The position numbers were made by a program, and so were the translations under genes. Below, one piece after another: positions 41,918 to 45,575 of a stretch of DNA of 45,575 bases. Each line of letters starts with the position of its first letter. Position 1 is the first letter of the stretch. Under the pieces are notes generated by a model, which did not search any database, had not been told where the DNA came from, and saw nothing but the letters and a program-made list of their open reading frames with translations. This stretch comes from Trichomonas gallinae (lineage: Eukaryota): positions 1 to 45,575 of the forward strand of contig MRSU01003010.1 in the NCBI GenBank assembly GCA_008369845.1, in the 5' to 3' direction.

Positions 41918-43795
41918 TTATATCAATGTGCCGCAATAATATTTCTCAATAAAGCCATTAGACTTAACCGCATCTATAACCATTCTAAAGATGTTAGATT
42001 CTTCTTGTGCTTCGTCAGCCTTGCCTTCTAAAGCAAAGTCTAAGACTTTGATAACAGATTTGTCTTCTTCAACTTGTTTTCTAGCCAATAAAGCGTTCAC
42101 GATAAAGTCATCTTGCTTATATGTCAATATCTTTGCCAATGCGACACAAACTTGAGCTCTAACGATCGGTACCGGATCATCGAGCATCTGTACTAACTTG
42201 TCAAGCATGTTTCTGTCCTTCATCATGCCGAGGAGGAAAACACATGATGCGCGGATGAAGTGGCTCGAGTTATCCAACAATGGATAAAAGTTTTGACCAA
42301 ATGGTGGAAGATTCATCAGTCTTCCTGCGGATCCAAGCAGCAAACCAAGCAAAATCGCAGAGTATGGAGCGCATTCCTGGGCCTTTTCGACGCAAACGTT
42401 CCATATTTTCGTGAAAATAGACAAGAAATTCCAACTAATTGCGCAAATAATCGCGAGCATTCCAACTCTGATCTCAGGTACAGTTGATTCTTTTGTGTCT
42501 TGGAACCAGAAAAGCCACTGCTGCTGGAATGGGCTTGTAGCGCCTGTTCCTGCTGAAATTGATAATAATTTCGCCAGCAATAATATAGCGACTTCAGATG
42601 GATGATCCATGTCGATGATTGTCCTTGCTATATTCGACCTAGTGGCGTAAACAGCCAAGTCTCCGTGCTGATCGAGAAAATCAATTAATGTCGAAACCGC
42701 CATATCGCAGAATTCAGATCTAGTGATGAAGAACGAGAAAAGCGGCATGACTCCTACAGACGGGAATGATCTGAATGATTTTATGAACATCGAGAAGATC
42801 ATCGTTGATGCTTCTTGGTCAGACATCGCGAGAGAGCAGTCTAAAGCTGTATCCCAGAACAGCCAAAGGTCATGGCTCGACGTTGGCTTGTGCTCTGGTA
42901 TAGATACTGGATGGAGATTGAAACTTTGCATGATTCTCATTGATAAAATGAATCCTCTCGCGAGCTGTGTCATTGCTGGGTCCATGGCGAACTTGTCGTA
43001 TAGAGAAGGAGGCTGCGTGTCGAAAGCTATGGCATCGAGAAGAGCATTTAAGAATTTTTTGAGGAAATAATTTGGCTGATTTGTCTCTTCTTCGATTTTG
43101 AACACGCAGCTATGGCGACGAGTGTGCCACCAAACGGCTGTCTCGAATGGTGACAGCAAACATGAGCTGAACAAATCCCATGGCGCATCAGTTGAAATCG
43201 GCAAAACTTCGTTAGGCGAACAAGCGAAAAATCCGACAATGTCAGATCTTTTTGACAAGAATGGAACTAAGTTTCCTGCCGAAGGACTGTCAACAATGAT
43301 GCAAAATGGAGTTGGGCAAATATTCATCAGCGTTTCTATTTTCATTGGTTTATATTTGGAGCGGTCGTCTGAGAAAAAGAACAAGCTTCCATCTGCTGAC
43401 GGCGGCAGGCAGCCTTGTCCGAAATAATGAATAATTATTCTTTCAGTCTTTGCATTTGAGCTGTAAGTTTTGATCATTTCGCTAACTTTATTTCCAGGAG
43501 GATCAACGGATATCTCAGCTGGACATTTAATCGAATTTGAATATAAATCTTGAATTGCATTTGACGATGTTGGCGCAAAAACAGTTGGATCAAATGTAAG
43601 AAGTGGTTTATTACATATAAGGCGTGGTTTTCGACTAAGCCTACGAATAGTTGGAGTATGAAGTCCATCAAATAGACAAAGCAAGCATAAAGCAGATTTA
43701 GTTTTAGTGCAAATAATGGGTTGTGCGTCCTTGGCTTTCGTGCACACTAATGGGGCTCGAGTATTTCCACTCTTTCCACTCAGCCCGGAAAACAT
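41918..43795 (-). CDS. Raptor/KOG1-like protein (RNC domain plus HEAT repeats, no WD40 domain)
   Basis: KTKSALCLLCL, ERIIIHYFGQG, ACSPNEVLP, PWDLFSSCLLSP, DAIAF, FILSMRIM...PVSIP...HDLW..WD and HEAT repeats (IRASCVFLLG, DPVPIVRAQV). Ends at 625 aa. Confidence 0.85.
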   Translation of the reverse strand: MFSGLSGKSGNTRAPLVCTKAKDAQPIICTKTKSALCLLCLFDGLHTPTIRRLSRKPRLICNKPLLTFDPTVFAPTSSNAIQDLYSNSIKCPAEISVDPPGNKVSEMIKTYSSNAKTERIIIHYFGQGCLPPSADGSLFFFSDDRSKYKPMKIETLMNICPTPFCIIVDSPSAGNLVPFLSKRSDIVGFFACSPNEVLPISTDAPWDLFSSCLLSPFETAVWWHTRRHSCVFKIEEETNQPNYFLKKFLNALLDAIAFDTQPPSLYDKFAMDPAMTQLARGFILSMRIMQSFNLHPVSIPEHKPTSSHDLWLFWDTALDCSLAMSDQEASTMIFSMFIKSFRSFPSVGVMPLFSFFITRSEFCDMAVSTLIDFLDQHGDLAVYATRSNIARTIIDMDHPSEVAILLLAKLLSISAGTGATSPFQQQWLFWFQDTKESTVPEIRVGMLAIICAISWNFLSIFTKIWNVCVEKAQECAPYSAILLGLLLGSAGRLMNLPPFGQNFYPLLDNSSHFIRASCVFLLGMMKDRNMLDKLVQMLDDPVPIVRAQVCVALAKILTYKQDDFIVNALLARKQVEEDKSVIKVLDFALEGKADEAQEESNIFRMVIDAVKSNGFIEKYYCGTLI

Positions 43796-44171
43796 TTCAA
43801 AAAAAAAAAAATCGTGAAATTTTAATCGAAAAGTGACATAAAAAGTGTAATTAAAATTTCACATTGTAATATCGCATCATTTACTTATATTATTACTATT
43901 TTATCAAGCAAATAAATCAAACTGTTGAGATAGATAAATCGATGCGCTGAATTTCCGGTTAAATTCAATTTTCTACGCATCATTTTCTTGAAAACATTGT
44001 AGCCTATAATATATCATGATCACAATCTTGAAATCTTAAATTATGAAATTTCAGAAAAATATTTATGTTTTTGAACAATTTTAATATGAATTTCATACAC
44101 AGCTTAACATATACTCAAAGGATTTGCAGTCAGTTTTGATAGTAAAAGTAATATTTTATACAAAAAAAAAA

Positions 44172-45119
44172 CTATTTAAAAGTTGCTGGCTCTTCGCGCA
44201 TACCTTCTGCTCCAATACTAGCAGAAATTACATTGTACTTAGAGAAAAGTGAAGCTTTCTTTTCGACATCTGGTCCAGTAACAAGCATGATTCCTCCCAT
44301 TCCGGCACCAGATATTTTAGACGACAAAGCGTTTTCTGTTGCAATTTTGACGATGTCGTCAGACTCCTGGCAACTTAAACCAAATGATGCGAGAAGATGA
44401 TGAGCTGGAAGGAATAAGTCATGCATAACTTTGCTCTTCTTTGAATCATCGGCTTCTAAGAATGTTTTTGATATGTCCCCCATTGATTTGATCATTGGAG
44501 GAAAAACATTTGGATATTTTGTCATTAAATCTTTAACATGTGCCACAGCAGCCTTTGTGTTCCTTTCTCTCTTTGTTCCTACAATTAAAAGTGGAACTTC
44601 TGGTAATTTAATTGGCTTTAATTGTCTTTTTTCCATTTTGATTCCACCACCATAAACAACTGTTGCTGGATCAATACCAGATGGATTTCCATGGTAAAAT
44701 TTCTCGAGTTCCTTTGTTTTTTCGAAAATATGATCTTTGCCTAATTTTCCATTGCAAATTCGCTCTGCTGCAGCAGCAATGCATGCACACAAGGCTGCTG
44801 ATGATCCTAATCCACCAGTTGGGAATTCTTCGACGATATCTATGTCGAGTTGATAATTTTTTGGTATTTTTCCTTCGAACGCAGAGCGAATCATGAAGTA
44901 CGTGTCACGCTTGTCTTTGTGAACTGGATCATATGGATCGAAGTTGATTATTTTATCCCAAAAGACAACATTGACATTTGTTTTATCTGATGGGTAAAAC
45001 TTGCAATTAGCGAACATCCTTTTGGAAATAGCAGACGCTATAGCAGCCTCTCCATAAACAACTGCATGTTCACCGAATAAGATGACTTTTCCCGGGAAAG
45101 AATATGAAAACTTCAACAT
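44172..45119 (-). CDS. MVK: Mevalonate kinase (GHMP kinase family)
   Basis: PGKVILFGEHAVVYG, GLGSSAA, HGNPSGID and KISGAGMGG. Confidence 0.92.
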   Translation of the reverse strand: MLKFSYSFPGKVILFGEHAVVYGEAAIASAISKRMFANCKFYPSDKTNVNVVFWDKIINFDPYDPVHKDKRDTYFMIRSAFEGKIPKNYQLDIDIVEEFPTGGLGSSAALCACIAAAAERICNGKLGKDHIFEKTKELEKFYHGNPSGIDPATVVYGGGIKMEKRQLKPIKLPEVPLLIVGTKRERNTKAAVAHVKDLMTKYPNVFPPMIKSMGDISKTFLEADDSKKSKVMHDLFLPAHHLLASFGLSCQESDDIVKIATENALSSKISGAGMGGIMLVTGPDVEKKASLFSKYNVISASIGAEGMREEPATFK

Positions 45120-45496
45120 GATAATTTGACTTTTAAAATTTTACGTGTCAAATAAATATATCGATTAAAATCGAGCATTCCAACATAGAGATAAAGTTTT
45201 AGGTTGCTGCAAATATGCTATATTTTCAACTACAAGTCATATTAATATAATGTGTTATTACTGGAGTGAGTCTCTCTTGAAAACTTTCTCACTTTATAAT
45301 GCATTGAAATTTGAATTGAAAATAATCGTATGCCTGATTATTATAGTTTATGTTGTTTTAGCTGTCAAATAGGGAAATTTTACATCAAATTGTCAGATAT
45401 TTTTGAAAAATTGACAGAGTGTAAATGACATTGTAAACGTCAATATTTTAATCAGGGGGTACATCTAAATTTAATGCCTTAAAGAACACGATTTTG

Positions 45497-45566
45497 GTCA
45501 GCTCTCAGTCTCAACGAGTGTAATGGGCCAGTGATGCTCTTGCACTGTTCGAGAAAGGGAGCTGAC
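45497..45566 (+). other. Long stem-loop (28 bp paired in 70 nt); candidate structured RNA or repeat-element hairpin
   Basis: Pairings: 45497-45506/45557-45566, 45509-12/45551-54, 45513-15/45547-49, 45517-23/45540-46 and 45525-28/45536-39. Loop CAGTGAT. Three G-U pairs form only on the + strand. Confidence 0.6.
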
Positions 45567-45575
45567 ACAATGATT

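Noticed and set aside
5853..44896. Numerous 60-234 aa ORFs nested in or antisense to long CDSs (e.g. 6447-7058, 8101-8805, 39856-40293)
   Set aside because: Shadow frames expected from codon bias and low-complexity host proteins; no independent motifs.
194..45513. Whole window as a 45-kb TIR-bounded mobile element (Maverick-like or composite)
   Set aside because: Contents are ordinary cellular genes with no integrase, polymerase or transposase; the match is only 18-25 bp and no TSD is evident.
45524..45555. A-box-like TGGGCCAGTGA and B-box-like GTTCGAGAA suggesting a tRNA or SINE
   Set aside because: Both boxes mismatch consensus, they are only 23 nt apart, and the sequence folds as one hairpin rather than a cloverleaf.
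1..45575. CRISPR arrays, rRNA, tRNA, spliceosomal introns
   Set aside because: No repeat-spacer array, rRNA or cloverleaf was seen. No trichomonad intron signature (ACTAACACACAG) was noticed, and all main CDSs are uninterrupted.

Overview
This is an AT-rich, compact, apparently intronless eukaryotic segment that looks like a trichomonad (Trichomonas-like parabasalid). Support: TCA(T/C)T initiator-like elements just upstream of ATGs, AAAGTGAC/GTCACTTT promoter motifs, stop codons overlapping TAAA, an initiator-binding-domain family gene, and ankyrin and Pmp-like remnants. It holds about 19 intact genes: amino-acid transporter, IBD-family protein, IQ/Sfi1-like giant protein, HEATR5-like, TTLL, SHIPPO-repeat protein, degenerate ABC1/UbiB kinase-like, PPP phosphatase, VPS9 protein, LRR protein, RPB7, USP7-like, VPS15, dTMP kinase, CFAP410-like, a small membrane protein, DZIP1-like, a WD40-less Raptor-like gene and mevalonate kinase. 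One further small gene is frameshifted, and three decayed gene remnants lie in intergenic DNA. The most notable unexplained signals are three. (1) A motif TTTACNYGWCA(A) occurs at least 15 times, all seen in intergenic DNA and mostly clustered upstream of genes. (2) A 70-nt, 28-bp, strand-specific hairpin with a CAGUG-initiated loop sits at the right end, and its 5' arm recurs inverted near the left end. (3) TTTGTAT lies within about 20 nt after the stop of 8 genes. All protein calls come from motif recognition by eye; no database searches were run.
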